From Octopus vulgaris (taxonomy: Eukaryota): a DNA stretch of 64,000 nucleotides. Numbering within the stretch: the stretch's first letter is position 1; every line of letters begins with the position of its first letter. Positions 14,472 to 26,747 of this stretch are shown one piece after another. The translations under genes and the position numbers were made by a program. The notes under the pieces were generated by a model. It was not told where the DNA came from. It ran no database searches and saw only the letters and a program-made list of their open reading frames with translations. The stretch spans positions 77,810,001-77,874,000 of the forward strand of contig OX597826.1 in NCBI GenBank assembly GCA_951406725.2, given 5' to 3'.

Positions 14472-14533
14472 AGCGGTGGTGCCCCAGCATGGCCGCAGCC
14501 TGCGGGCTGAAACATTTTTAAGGATTTAAGGAT
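14472..14533 (+). mobile_element. Isolated 3' tail related to the SINE B tail (possible partner LINE end)
   Basis: GGTGCCCCAGCATGGCCGCAGCCTGCGGGCTGAAAC followed by two TTTAAGGA units. Confidence 0.55.
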
Positions 14534-14843
14534 AGATTGCAACAACAAATAAGATGTAATTAATATAAGAAAGGGAGAATGGGTGATGTTCATGCTTTTT
14601 TGTGAGTGAAAAGGAATGGTTTTTAGATATGAATTGAAACCGTGACCGAAGATTCGGCATTTGGGTAATTTATTTAGAACTCATTAGGGTTACTGCACGT
14701 AATTTGAATATGTATTCCGTTATTTTGGTCAAAAGTCAACACACACTCAGGCATACATGCATACATACACACACTCATACGTACATGCATACATATATAC
14801 ATGCATGTATACATACAGAGAGATAGAGAGATATAGAGTAAGT

Positions 14844-14888
<45 letters not shown>

Positions 14889-15043
14889 TGCCTGTGTGAG
14901 GGATAAATTGACTTCCATACTGATGTGCTCACATACACACACACATACAATCCTGAGATAGCGATGGATAGTGGGAAGAGGAGAGTGAGAGGGGGTAGGT
15001 AGAGAAATTAATGATAGACTGACAGGTAATCAAAACGATCCAA

Positions 15044-15086
<43 letters not shown>

Positions 15087-15155
15087 GGAGATAGAGATAG
15101 AGAGTGAAAGATAGAAAGATATATAAATAGACGTTGCTGAAAGGGGGAGAAGAAA

Positions 15156-15189
<34 letters not shown>

Positions 15190-15412
15190 CAGACAGACAG
15201 ACAGAGCGATGTGGAGTTGTGGTGGTGGTGGTGGTGGTGAGGGGCGGGAGGAGGTAGAAGGACTAATTGTTGCCTGCAGCGTCTGCAGGAATCGAACCAA
15301 TAGATTCGTTAGAAAGTCTTCAGATCATTAACTTAGTAAATTTTTTTATAGAGATAATGGGGTGGGTGGGAGAGATAAGATTCAAGCGGGGAAGGTGGAG
15401 GGAGTCAGAGTT

Positions 15413-15500
<88 letters not shown>

Positions 15501-15601
15501 GGGGAGAGGAAGAGGGAGAGAGAGGGAGAAAGAAGTATTTGTAATTTGTCATTTGTTTTAGTCATACTCTCTCTCCCTTTCTCTCTCTCTCTCTCTCTCT
15601 C

Positions 15602-15669
<68 letters not shown>

Positions 15670-15823
15670 GCTCTCAGCTATAAGCCAGGTTACTGAGATA
15701 ATCTGTAACGATATCATCTTGATTTAGAAGTTATATTCGAATGCGATACGACCAGAATATTTATGCCATTTAAAATTGTTTTCATCAACTTCCATTGAAG
15801 CGAGAGAAAGCAAAAGGAAAGCC

Positions 15824-15935
15824 GGTCGGTCGGTGTGTCGGTAGGTCAGCCCGTCGGTCCGTCGGTCTGTCGGACGGTCGGTCGGTCGCTGTGTTCGTCT
15901 GTCGGTCGGTGGAGTGGTCGGTCGGTAGGTCAGTG
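15824..15935. repeat. Degenerate (GGTC)n tetranucleotide repeat
   Basis: GGTCGGTCGG repeats with substitutions. Confidence 0.85.
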
Positions 15936-16433
15936 TGCCGTTCGTAAAGGAAATGGATCTACGTCGGTTTCAACGATGAGAACATTTCAGTCGTTTCATC
16001 GACAGTACGACCAACTCATCGCTGTAGCGTGTAAGTGGCCGAGTATCCCACAGACGTGTGTACTGATTTATGTAAAACTTGAGCAGAAACAAACTGAGGT
16101 TAATGTGTGACAAAGATTCACATCTGAATTGGATGGTTGTTAACCCGTCCCAGAGTTTGGCTTCGGTCTACTGGAGGTTGTGAGGAGAGACCCTTGCCAA
16201 AGCTATCACGCATCGAGATCGTTAATGGGATCTTGTGATTATAAAGGAAGCCCCTTAACCATTTCGCCATCTTGTGTTTTTTAGTAATCCAACGTCAAAT
16301 CAAAACGACTCCATTATCACCAACATCTTCAGTGCCATCAACTTAATCTTTCCTCCATCACCGCCACCTTTGCCTTCATCTCCATAACTGTCACCATTGT
16401 CTTTACCATTACTATCATCATCATCATCATCGT

Positions 16434-16750
16434 AGGCGCAGGCGTGGCGGGACGGTAAGAAGCTTGCTCCCCAACCACATGGTTCCGGGTTCAGTTCTAC
16501 TGCGTGGTACTTTGGGCAAATACCTTATACTATAGTCCCGGCCAACGTAAGCTTTAAGAGTTAACTTGGTTGACAAAAGATGAAAGAAGCCCGCTGCGTG
16601 CGCGCGCGTGTTCCCCATGTTCGGCAAAAATGCTAGGTTTAACAAAAAATGTACTGGGGTCTATTCATGACTAAAATTCCTGAAGGTGGTACTCCAGCAT
16701 GGCTGCAGTCCAATGACTGAAACCAGTAAATGATAAAAGATATAAAAGAG
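16434..16750 (+). mobile_element. SINE family B, diverged
   Basis: GGCGCAGGCGTGGC..GGTTCAGTTC head; CCAGCATGGCTGCAGTCCAATGACTGAAAC tail. Confidence 0.85.
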
Positions 16751-16754
16751 AACA

Positions 16755-16972
16755 TTATTCTTTCCTATTCTAGGCACAAGGCCCGAAATTTTTGGGAAGA
16801 GGACCAGTCGATTAGATCGACCCCAGTGCGTAACTGATACTTAATTTATCGACTCCGAAAGGATGAAAGGCAAAGTCGATCTCGGTGGAATTTGAACTCA
16901 GAACGTAACGGCAGACGAAATACCGCTAAACATTTCGTCCGGAGTGCTAACGTTTCTGCAAGCTCGCCGCCT
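16755..16972 (-). mobile_element. SINE family A, full length, short-tail variant
   Basis: Reverse complement of GGCGGCGAGCT..GAGTTCAAATTCC..GCCTTTCATCCTTTCGG..AATTTCGGGCCTTGTGCCTAGA. Confidence 0.92.
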
Positions 16973-17224
16973 TGTAAAAAATAACAGTATTGCCACTACA
17001 AACACCACTACCGTCCTATCCCGTCTGCCACCGCCGCCGCTGCAGCCGCCGCAACCACCGGACTATCCATCAATACCGGGATCACTATTCTATCCATGTA
17101 ATCTAACACTCCTATCACATGACCTGTTACTATTACTATTATCGCCACCATCAAGCGACCCCACCCCACTCTCATTACTATTACAACCATCACCAAGTCC
17201 CTCCCTCACTATCCCAACTAGGGA

Positions 17225-17532
17225 ACTTCTTCGTTATTCCTTCTTGAGCCACGCCTGATTCTTAAGGGCCGGTTTCCCGGTTTCCTTGGCGTATAGGTTC
17301 CCCACCTGGACGTGACGCTGGTCCATCGCAGGTGAGCTGCAAGATGCAGGAGGAAAGAGTGAGAGAAATTTGTGGCGAAAGAGTCAGCAGAAGTTCGCCA
17401 TTACCTTCTGCCGGAGCCGCGTGGAGCTTAGGTATTTCGCTCATAAACACACACATCGCCCGGTCTGAGATTCGAACCCGCGATCCCTCGACCGCGAGTT
17501 CGCTGCTCTAACCACTAGGCCATGTGCCTCCA
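17225..17532 (-). mobile_element. SINE family C (tRNA head), full length, tail type 1
   Basis: Minus strand GGAGGCACATGGCCTAGTGGTTAGAGCAG..GGTTCGAATCTC with clear A and B boxes; TTCTTCGT on both flanks may be a TSD. Confidence 0.88.
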
Positions 17533-17721
17533 CGATTTCTTCGTGGTTACCAATGTGCTGAAATTAACAGCTGAATTTGACTCAAATCACAACTTTTCTT
17601 CCTGGAAGACGATATGATATGTATGAGCTTGAGTTTGCTGAATTGAGGGAAAAGACAAGATGTGTACACACAGACACACCCGTAAATCTTAAATCTTTAC
17701 TAGGAAAATTTTGTCATAGTG

Positions 17722-17942
17722 AGAAATTCAAAATCTTACAGCTGTTTCTGGGATATCCACGAGTATGGGATATTCCGTCATCAGAGACAAATTTTTTCCT
17801 TATTTGTTTCTGATGATGGAATGTTCCATACTCGGTGATATCCCAGAAACAACTGTAAGAATTTGAATTTCTTCCTATAATAATATTGTATACGACTTGA
17901 GATATTTGCCTTGCCTTAATATTTACTGTCCTGTTTAACAAG
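17722..17942 (+). mobile_element. Asymmetric foldback mini-element with a hammerhead motif in both arms
   Basis: Inverted arms 17722-17792 / 17802-17872; right side extends about 70 bp to (TA)n. Confidence 0.8.
17734..17787 (-). ncRNA. Minimal type I hammerhead ribozyme motif, palindromic AGCU loop 3
   Basis: Minus strand TCT-CTGATGA-CGGAATATCC..GGATATCCCA-GAAAC-AGCT-GTA-AGA. Confidence 0.75.
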
Positions 17943-17984
<42 letters not shown>

Positions 17985-19659
17985 TACACACAGTCACACA
18001 CATATGTATACGTGTACGCATACATGCATATCTGTATATATCTACATATTTACATTTATGTATATGTTCGTATATATGCTCGTATATATACTTGCCTGCC
18101 TGCCTGCCTACCTACCTACCTACCTACCTACCTACATCCATCCATCCATCCATCCATCCATACATACATACATACATACATGCGCACATAATATATGATT
18201 ACATACACATAAATGTGGACATTATGATCCGCCATACCCTGGGTTTGAAGCGAAACAGTAGCAATGAACTAGCTGAATCCATCAAACATTACAAGACGTG
18301 GATCACAGAATGTTCCACGAGGATACAAATGGCAACCACAGAGCAGTCGCTACTTGAAGGCTGTATGCGAACACCATCGTAGTCGTAGAGGTAGTTTTCA
18401 CGACCTAAAGGACTAAACGAGCAAAGAACTATTTCACCCTACTCTTCCTTCACCTCATTCGTCTTCCCACCCCATCGCATTCCTCTCCTCCTCCTCCTCC
18501 TCACCTTCTGTTCCTCTCCTCCTTAGACTAAACACTCGACTCATCTGAAGCTTAGCTTCCACTCTACAGCGTCTGTCTTATAAGCGACTTAAGACTGATA
18601 AAGTACGTTAAACCAACGGATTTTGGGATAATGGCAGGCTAGAGTAGCGGGATTAAGAAACGGCAAAGTTTGGGTACTTTTCTCTCACTTTATGTCTGTG
18701 TGTCTCTGTTCCTGTACAGCATTTTGTGTATGTGTGTGCATCTCTACAGTTGTGTGTGTATGTATGTGCTTGTGTATACCTGCGTGTGTGTGTACGTGTC
18801 TCTCTTTTTTTTACGTATGTTTGGATTTGTTTAACAAAACCGTTTCTTGAACACGCAACTATGTACACATATAAAGATGAAACAGAATCAAAAAAACCTA
18901 ATGTCTGTTTGATCTACTCGACTATTCGTAATTACAGTTATCCATCAATGGGTTGCTATTTCCACTCGTGTTTCATCCCTCTCACATATATTTTGATAGT
19001 CGAAAGTCTGTGAGAAGAAATATATCAAAATGGTTTTTGTTTTTTTTTTTGCTCTGACGAAATAGACTGCAACATGAGACGTTTACATTTTCCGCTTGGC
19101 TGTCCATAAATACATCCATCAATAACATTTACTCGCTAAATCACATAAAATTGACGTAGCTTATAGAAGAGGTTATTAGTTACGTCATTACTGCAGAAGG
19201 CCTAACGTCTGAGGAAACTGGTTATCAAAGAGTGGATCGAAACCATGCGGAGGAGGATATTTCAACAAAAGTTTGCTTTCTTCCTCTCTCATCTGTTTAT
19301 ATAAATACCTCCTTAGGATCAGTTGTAACCCACGGAGCCATTTATTTCCAAGTAATTGAGGGTCTGGACCAACATTTTACCAACTCACCACCTCATTTCA
19401 CGCCAATAAATAAAGTAAAGGAGCGTTAAGATGGGGAAACAGTGCAAACTGCTTAGAATAAATGGCCTTACCAACTGACCCCCAAAGAATGAAGGATGCC
19501 TCTTCAGACGTCAATTATGATCGAAAAGATGTGTGTATGTGTTTGCGTATGTATGAGTGTGCATGCGTGTGTGTGTGATCATCTAAGATCCCATATCACA
19601 AAAATATGCGTTCCTGTATTTGCCAGTAGTATGGGTATATTCATGGTATTGAAGATGAA

Positions 19660-19868
19660 CCGTTAGCACGCCGGGCGAAATGCGTAGCCGCATTTCTTCT
19701 GCCGTTACTTTGTGAGTTCAAATTCCGCCGAGGTCGACTTTGCCTTTCATCCTTTCGGTATCGATAAATTAAGTACCAGTTACGCACTGGGGTCGATGTA
19801 ATCGACTTAATACCTTTCTCTGTCATTTGTCCCCTCTATGTTTAGCCCCTTCTGGGCAATAAAGAAAT
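19660..19868 (+). mobile_element. SINE family A, long-tail variant
   Basis: CGTTAGCACGCCGGGCGAAATGC..GTCGACTTTGCCTTTCATCC..TAAAGAAATA. Confidence 0.92.
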
Positions 19869-20689
19869 ATATATATATTATAGATCTTAGTAAACGTTTT
19901 CGCATTGGGTATTAAATAACTGGGTTTCCCATAGCTACCACCTCTGAAGAGTACGTGGTGTTAGTTAACCGTGCAGTAATCTAATACACGATTATCTAAT
20001 ACTCATTGCGAAGCCTATTGGTAACATCCGCCGAAATGGATCTGTATAAACCTCTACATTATGCTATATATATATATTGCATGGTATACAGTTTATAGTG
20101 AGAAGAATGTTGGCACCACAGAAAGAAACACTTATTTTCTACAATAATGAATAATATTTTCACACCTGTACACATCTTGCCAATGCCAAGACCCACAAAT
20201 TGTGTCAGAGCTTTTCGCACTCTGCTAACACAACAATTTGAACCACTATATATAAGCTTTAAGCAACGGTGTGCAATCATTTCTGAGGAGTTTCACTTCT
20301 TTCACTTTGAACAACGAACTGAATCTATGATTGGTTTCATTTGGGTCGTTATTTCAGTTTCTATGTCCATCGAGGATACTCCTCATGAATGGGCCTAAGA
20401 CAACAGAAGTATCTTTAAGTCATACCAGCAATGCAATCATGTTTATAGAGGTGTAGTTGATGCCATAATAACTGTATGTTGGAATTTACCGTCAGCCACG
20501 ACATAATTTCATCACAGGTAAATATAGTTTCGTAAAAGTATACATAAACAAGACTAAGTTTAGTTATCCCAGGTAATTGACAAGATTGAATATAAAAGTT
20601 ATTGGGATTTATCAATATATTTATGTGTGCGTTCGCACGCGTGTGTATTCATGAAGTTAAAGCGTTAATCCCAACATATTTGTTTCACT

Positions 20690-20862
20690 CTCGTTTTTTT
20701 CTTTGTTCTCTCTCTCTCCATTTTTCCCTCTCATCTCTTTATGTCGAAGAGCGTAGGTTCGAAACGTCAAAGACTTTTCCATTCTTCCCGAGCGTTAAAC
20801 TAATACACCTGTTTGTTGTTCCTACAACTGTCTTCGTTTTCTGTTTTCTGTAAATTTGAACT
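20690..20862 (+). mobile_element. Short hammerhead-like element, family H2
   Basis: CTTT-ATGTCGA-AGAGCGTAGGTTC-GAAAC-GTC-AAAG then CCCGAGCGTTAAACTAATACACCTG; ends at a TA/TG microsatellite. Confidence 0.65.
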
Positions 20863-20924
20863 ATGTATATGTGTGTGTGATTGTGTGTGTGTGTGATTGT
20901 GTGTGTGTGTGCATTTATATATAT

Positions 20925-21085
20925 ATTATTGATAATAAAACGAATGGTTTACAACTGGTAGCTTACTGGTAAAGCAGGGTCACTTTTACAGTGATCGTTT
21001 ATGTATTTAGCAAATGAAAGATGGATGATAGAATATACGAGAATTTATTATTAATTACATCATTCGTTTCGACACATCTAGAAAT
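20925..21085 (-). mobile_element. Diverged solo copy of the 39767-40083 family
   Basis: ATACGAGAATTTATT..TTCGTTTCGACACATCTAG vs ATACGAGAATCTTTATT..ATCGTTTCGACCCATCTAG; the distal arm also aligns by eye. Confidence 0.65.
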
Positions 21086-21180
21086 ACAGTCTGCGTAAGG
21101 TATTTGAGGGTATACCTTTGTTTTGGATTTTGCTGTATTTTTTGCTAACTCTTTATAATCTTTGTTTTTACAAAGTAATA

Positions 21181-21710
21181 ATGGCAGACCCTCAGCTTGC
21201 TCAAAAAAAGAGGAGGCATTCTTTTACTGTGGTTATAAAGGCTGAGTATAGCGATTTAGAAATATCTTGATTTTTAAAAGTTGCCAGATCTTTTGTCTAC
21301 AAAGTTCATAAGGAGTTAGAGACTGAAGATGGAAACCTATCACTAGTATCAAAGCGTAAAAAGCATTCTAAGCGCTCTGAAATCATCAGAACACCTGAAT
21401 TTATCCAGCATGTTCACTAGAGCATTGATTACAATCCCAGAAAGTCCGTGAGGTCAATTGCAAAAGATCCCCATGTATCAGAAGGAACGGTCAGAAATAT
21501 TGTCCACGACGATATTATATATAAGTCTTGTATGATGAGGAAAGGTCGATTTGTCAGAAAAAGCAAAAGAAAATCACTACATCAGATCTAAAAAGGTTCT
21601 TAAACTGAAAAATCCAGCAGAAGAAAATTTGATTTGGTTTTTCTCAAACGAGAAAAACTTCGACCAAGATCAAAACGTTAACAGACGAAATGGCAGACGG
21701 TTAGGAAGAT
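21181..21710 (+). pseudogene. Tc1/mariner-superfamily (maT/DD37D-like) transposase remnant, N-terminal half
   Basis: Manual translation MADPQL..IRTPEFI..NPRKSVRSIAKDPHVSEGTVRNIVHDD (HTH), two in-frame stops, a frameshift near 21553, then LIWFFSNEKNFDQDQNVNRRNGRRL (FSDEK first-Asp motif decayed to FSNEK). Confidence 0.85.
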
Positions 21711-22109
21711 CTACATGTAAACCAACATTTTCTTTACACTTCTCATCCATATTAACTTTCCGACATTACCAAATTCCTATAGAGAGAGTTTTACATTTTT
21801 TCTCTACAAAGACTTTTTCATTGGTTATTTTCCTCTCATCCAATCTTCTCCGGAAGAGATCATTTCTTAATCGCAGATTCTAATTATTCTTCTAGGGTTA
21901 TTTCTATTTTAAGACAGAATTAAGTATTAAGATTTTCATCAATATGTGTCATAAAAAGCCAAACACAAGACGGAAAATACTCAGAATACTATAACAAGAT
22001 CAACATTTCACTCAACTTACAGCTTTCAAACCAATTAACAATCGTGCAGCCGAATTACTGCTAACTTTTTACAGAACGACCGACATTATCGACTCTTAAA
22101 TTTGGTATT

Positions 22110-22325
22110 CTTTTTTTTTTTATTTGTTTCAATCATTTTGACTGCGGCCATGCTGGAGCACCGCCTTTAGTCGAACCATTGACCCCAGGACTTACTCTTT
22201 GTAAGCCTAGTACTTATTCTATCGCTATTTTTCTGCTGAACCGCTACGTTACTGGGACATAAACGCACCAGGATCGGTTGTCAAGCAATGGTGGGTAGAC
22301 AAACACAGACGCAAACATACGCACA

Positions 22326-22418
<93 letters not shown>

Positions 22419-22575
22419 GACGAGCTTCTTTCGGTTTCTGTCTACCAAATCCACTCACAAGGCTTTGGTCATCTATAGTAGAAGACAATTGCCCAAGGTA
22501 CCATGCAGTGGTACTGAACCCGGAACCATGTGGTTGTTAAGCAAGCTACTTACCACACGGCCACTCATGCGTCTG
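22110..22575 (-). mobile_element. SINE family B, near full length
   Basis: Reverse complement of the 34776-35180 sequence, including the internal microsatellite. Confidence 0.92.
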
Positions 22576-22886
22576 GTAGTATAAATCTATTTTCTCTTTT
22601 AATATAATTTTGTTAGTTTACTTCCATAAGATTCCACTTTGATTGTGGGATAGGTTTTAAGAACAACACATGAATACTATATTATTCTCTATACTAATGT
22701 CCAACAGAACAAGGTGTGCCACCAGCCTTTGAAACTTGCAATGAGATGTAATTCCATTAATCAGATTATGAATGAATTATTGAAGTTCGTAGCATCGTAC
22801 TTAATATAGAAATAAATGTTTGTAACTAATTAATCTCATATAGACAGGGAGGAAAAGAGCACAAACACAACTCAAAGGTTAATATT

Positions 22887-23099
22887 GGTTTTAAATTTCG
22901 ATACAAGGCCAGCAATTTCGGGAAAGGGGTTAAGTCGATTTCATTGCCCAATTGGTACTTGTTTTATCGACCCTGAAAAGACGAAAGGCAAAGTCAACCT
23001 CAGCGGATTTTGAACTGAGAACGTAGAGACGGACGAAATGCCGCTAAGCACTTTGCCCTGCATACTAACAATTCTACCAGCTCTCACCACATTCTCCAT
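22887..23099 (-). mobile_element. SINE family A with 10-bp TSD GGTTAATATT
   Basis: Reverse complement of the family A body; TSD at 22877-22886 and at 23100-23105 + 23470-23473 (split by the Helitron). Confidence 0.85.
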
Positions 23100-23105
23100 G
23101 GTTAA

Positions 23106-23469
23106 TCTCTCTATATATAAAGCTGAAGTTGTCTGTGTATGGCAGGCTGGGTAGCCTTTAACTTACACTATCTCCTCCGAGACCCTGTGGCGCAAGTTAA
23201 CTAAAATTGAGAGTATGATAGAAGAAGGCTTGCTCTTCCTTCCGAAGAAGAAAAAATTCAAATCGGACCATGTTAACACCAAAAATTATTGAAAATCCCT
23301 ATTTTTAACGATTTTTTGACTGCTGTGTCGCCATCTTTCGGTGTATTTCAACGAGAAAAATGTTCACTTAAAGAGAATAACAAGCTACATAATGCAAAAT
23401 TTTACTTTACAAAAATTCCAATTCTAAAGGGTCGAAACAAACCCGAGCAACGCCGGGCGATACTGCTAG
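23106..23469 (+). mobile_element. Non-autonomous Helitron
   Basis: Inserted between A and T with no TSD; 5' TCTCTCTATATATAAAG, 3' hairpin CCCGAGCAACGCCGGG followed by CTAG. Confidence 0.9.
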
Positions 23470-24511
23470 TATTAATTTACTCTGATCTTGACAAATACGG
23501 GCGACTGCTCCGAACATGTTTCGCTCTTATGCGACCTCTATAATGATACATAACGATCTCCTTGGCAGATTAGTGATAAGAGAATTGCTATATTGATATA
23601 CGATAATGTGTACAAATATGAATAAACTGTTAAAATCATATTAGCCATAATAAGAGCCAGTTTATAAACTTCTCTTAATGCTTCGTGATCTGTTTCTGTT
23701 GTTTTTCTTTTATTGTCTCTCATGTTATTCTTTGACTGTTTCTTTGCATTATTGTTTTATAGATTTTTTATTATGAAACATTTTCAAATTCCAGTTTCTA
23801 ATCATCTCTGATAGGTTTTTGTTTTTCTAGCAACAAAACAAACTTTATTTATTCATTTAGAAATTATAACTACCAAGTACTACAATGTAACTAATAGTGT
23901 TCTACACACCTCTTCACTCCAAGATATCCGTTTGTTTCTTTATTTTTTTATTTGTTTGTTTATCTTATCCTATGACAGACTTACAGCTGTTCATATATTG
24001 CATGTTCCCATGAAATTGCTTACTGATTACGGCAATATCATTAACAAAATGTTTATTTGCCAGAAAACTCGTTCGTCCATTCATAAACATTTTTCTTCTC
24101 ACGTCGTCAATCATTGTCAGCGACCGCTGCCCTCTCAATTTTCTTCTCATTTATTTTTTAGTATCTCACTTTATTATTAAATGTATTGTCGTAGCTAATG
24201 TTCATGGCTCTTACTATTTGTTGCTATTTTATCCTATTTTCTACTTTGTACCACTTTTAACAAACAATATAGCGTCGATCCTTACAAGTTTTCCAACGAG
24301 ACATTCACAAGTTCATTGCATTTCTGACAATACGAGCGACAAGGAAATATATACACAACTCAAGCGGAACAAATATTGTAAGGGACAGCGGCCGAAAGCG
24401 CCGATTTATCTTTCTCGTCACATTTTTGCCAATATATTGCTGAAAGATACATACATACCTACATATATACATACATATAAACATGCATGCATACATACAT
24501 ACATACATACA

Positions 24512-24545
<34 letters not shown>

Positions 24546-25244
24546 CATATATACATACATACATGCATACATACATGCATACATACATACATACATACAT
24601 ACATACATACGTACGTACGTACATACATTCATACATACATACATACATACGTACATACATACATACATACATACATACATACATACATACATACATACAT
24701 ACATACATACATAAATACGTACATACATACATACATACATACAAACATGGTGGTTGTCAACTTGTAGACGAGTATGACCCTCACTGACCAACTATTTTAT
24801 CCAGGATGTTGGAGAAAATGAGTGTGAGCAATTCTCATTCTGAAATTCAAATTCAGTAACATTTTGCACAAAACCTACAAAACCCAGGAGTCCAAATACA
24901 ACCAAGAGCAACGTTTCCGATTCCGCAGAAAGCTGCAAGTTATTTTGGAATTCCCTTCTCTATAGAGACGTCTAAGCAAAGACTAGGAATCTCTCCCTTC
25001 CAGCTGTTGGTTAGCTGTTGACTCTACTGAGATAATCTCTTATTTAGAAGAGTTTGTCAGTTGATCTTGTCGTATGTTCTGACCGTCGGCAAGTAAACCG
25101 GCCAAACTGGCACCCCTACCAAGTTTGCTGGGTAAGGAGGATGGTTTTCGACAGACATTCTGTAGGACGTAAAATACGTGTACACGCATACAAATTTACG
25201 TACATTCATATATAAATACACATAGATGTGTGTATATGTGTGAA

Positions 25245-25280
<36 letters not shown>

Positions 25281-25289
25281 CTCCAATAC

Positions 25290-25412
25290 AAGGGCCAAAG
25301 CTACAACAATAACAGACAGTGTAATTCTGAGATTGATGCTCAGGAAGAAAGCATTTTGATGTTTCTAGCATAAGCTCTTCATCAAGTTAAACACGATTAA
25401 CAAAAGAAAAAA
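25290..25412 (-). mobile_element. Short hammerhead-like element, family H2 (degenerate)
   Basis: Minus strand TTGATGA-AGAGCTTATGCTA-GAAAC-ATC-AAAA..TTCCTGAGC. Confidence 0.55.
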
Positions 25413-25425
25413 ATGTATATATATA

Positions 25426-26594
25426 TATACTACATATGTGGAAACTCAGTGTGTGTTTGTTTGTGGCGTTGTTATCTAACTCCTCCTACATCGTTTAATT
25501 GATTTTGGTGAAACTTGACACATGAGTAGAACTCATATCTGGAAACCTCACGACATACTTAGATTGTTCAAACAATCGATAATACGGTCCCTGGAAGGGA
25601 CCTTTATATCTATCTCATATAACTAATTTTTTTAAACACCCAAGGGAAATAACCCATTACATTATTTACGTTCAGTTACCTTGGATATTGATTTTTTTGT
25701 GTGTGTCCAATTTCCAATTTTTGTAGACAGGTGACTAGAACTTTATTTGACAGGTGAGTAGAACTCATGTCTGGAAACTTCGTGACATACTTAGATTGTC
25801 GAAAAAAATCGATAACAGGGCCCATCCAAATGGGTCCTCCTATCTACTACATATTACAAATATTTCATTTAAACAACCCAAGGGAAATAACCCACACCAC
25901 CTGCAGTTTATAGCGATGCGATCAATATTTGATTCTCACGATCAGCTGACCGAATTCTTCATTTCACTACTCACAGTTTGGAACTGCTAAACATTATTAT
26001 TGCACTTCCTTAATTTGAATCTCTTCATTCATACATTTCTATACATGCATACTTTTTTGAATGCCCACTACTCCGATAATTCTGCATTTTTTCAGTGACA
26101 CTTTCTCCAAGACAGTAGATAATTTTTTTTCCACAGCGTATTTGTAGTGGCTTCATCCAGGCATAGCGTGGATTCGATCCTCGACTGCTAAATTTCACTT
26201 AGCATTTCAACAGCGCTTTTCTCACGTTAAAGCAATAATTTTTCTGTGAACGACAACCTCTCTCACCAACCTCTGAAAACCTCTCTCGACAACCTCCGAC
26301 AACCTCTCCGGACAACCTCCGATGACCTCTCTTGCCAACCTCCGAAAACCTTTCACGCCAACCTCCGACAACTTCTCTCACCAACCTCCGAAAATCTTTT
26401 TCACCAACCTCCGAAAACCTCTCTCGACAACCTCCAACAATCTCTCTCTTCTCCAGCCGACAGTTTTTGTACTTTTTCGTGACGGAAAATACACCCTTTG
26501 TGGTAGTTATAACGAAATTGCTTTCTTATATCAGAGTAATAAAGCGTTTCTATAGAACACCTTTACTCCCGGGAATTATTGGGTAGATTGCTAG
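25426..26594 (+). mobile_element. Probable old non-autonomous Helitron with an internal duplication and minisatellite
   Basis: 5' TATACTACATATG..TGTGTGTTTGTTTGT; 3' CCCGGGAATTATTGGGTAGATTGCTAG resembles a decayed hairpin plus CTAG; about 140-bp direct repeats at 25523-25658 and 25755-25894. Confidence 0.5.
26250..26450 (+). repeat. Minisatellite of about 22-23 bp (CAACCTCCGAAAACCTCTCTCAC-like)
   Basis: About 8 imperfect tandem units. Confidence 0.9.
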
Positions 26595-26747
26595 CCACTG
26601 CACATTCTTTATTTTCCCTCCTTGTTTCTGTGTTCCTTTCTGCAGAAGAGCGTAGGCTCGAAACGTTAAAGACTTTTTCACTCCCGAGCGTTTGTTGTCT
26701 ACACCACCTGTCTTCATCTTTTGTTTTTTGTGAATTCTCCCTATATA
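26595..26747 (+). mobile_element. Short hammerhead-like element, family H2
   Basis: CTTT-CTGCAGA-AGAGCGTAGGCTC-GAAAC-GTT-AAAG; 3' part matches 20770-20862. Confidence 0.65.

Noticed and set aside
17470-17532. tRNA gene
   Set aside because: No acceptor-stem pairing, and it continues into a repeated SINE body; it is a SINE head (likewise 58097)
26250-26450. CRISPR-like array
   Set aside because: Contiguous degenerate tandem units without unique spacers; eukaryotic context; no cas genes
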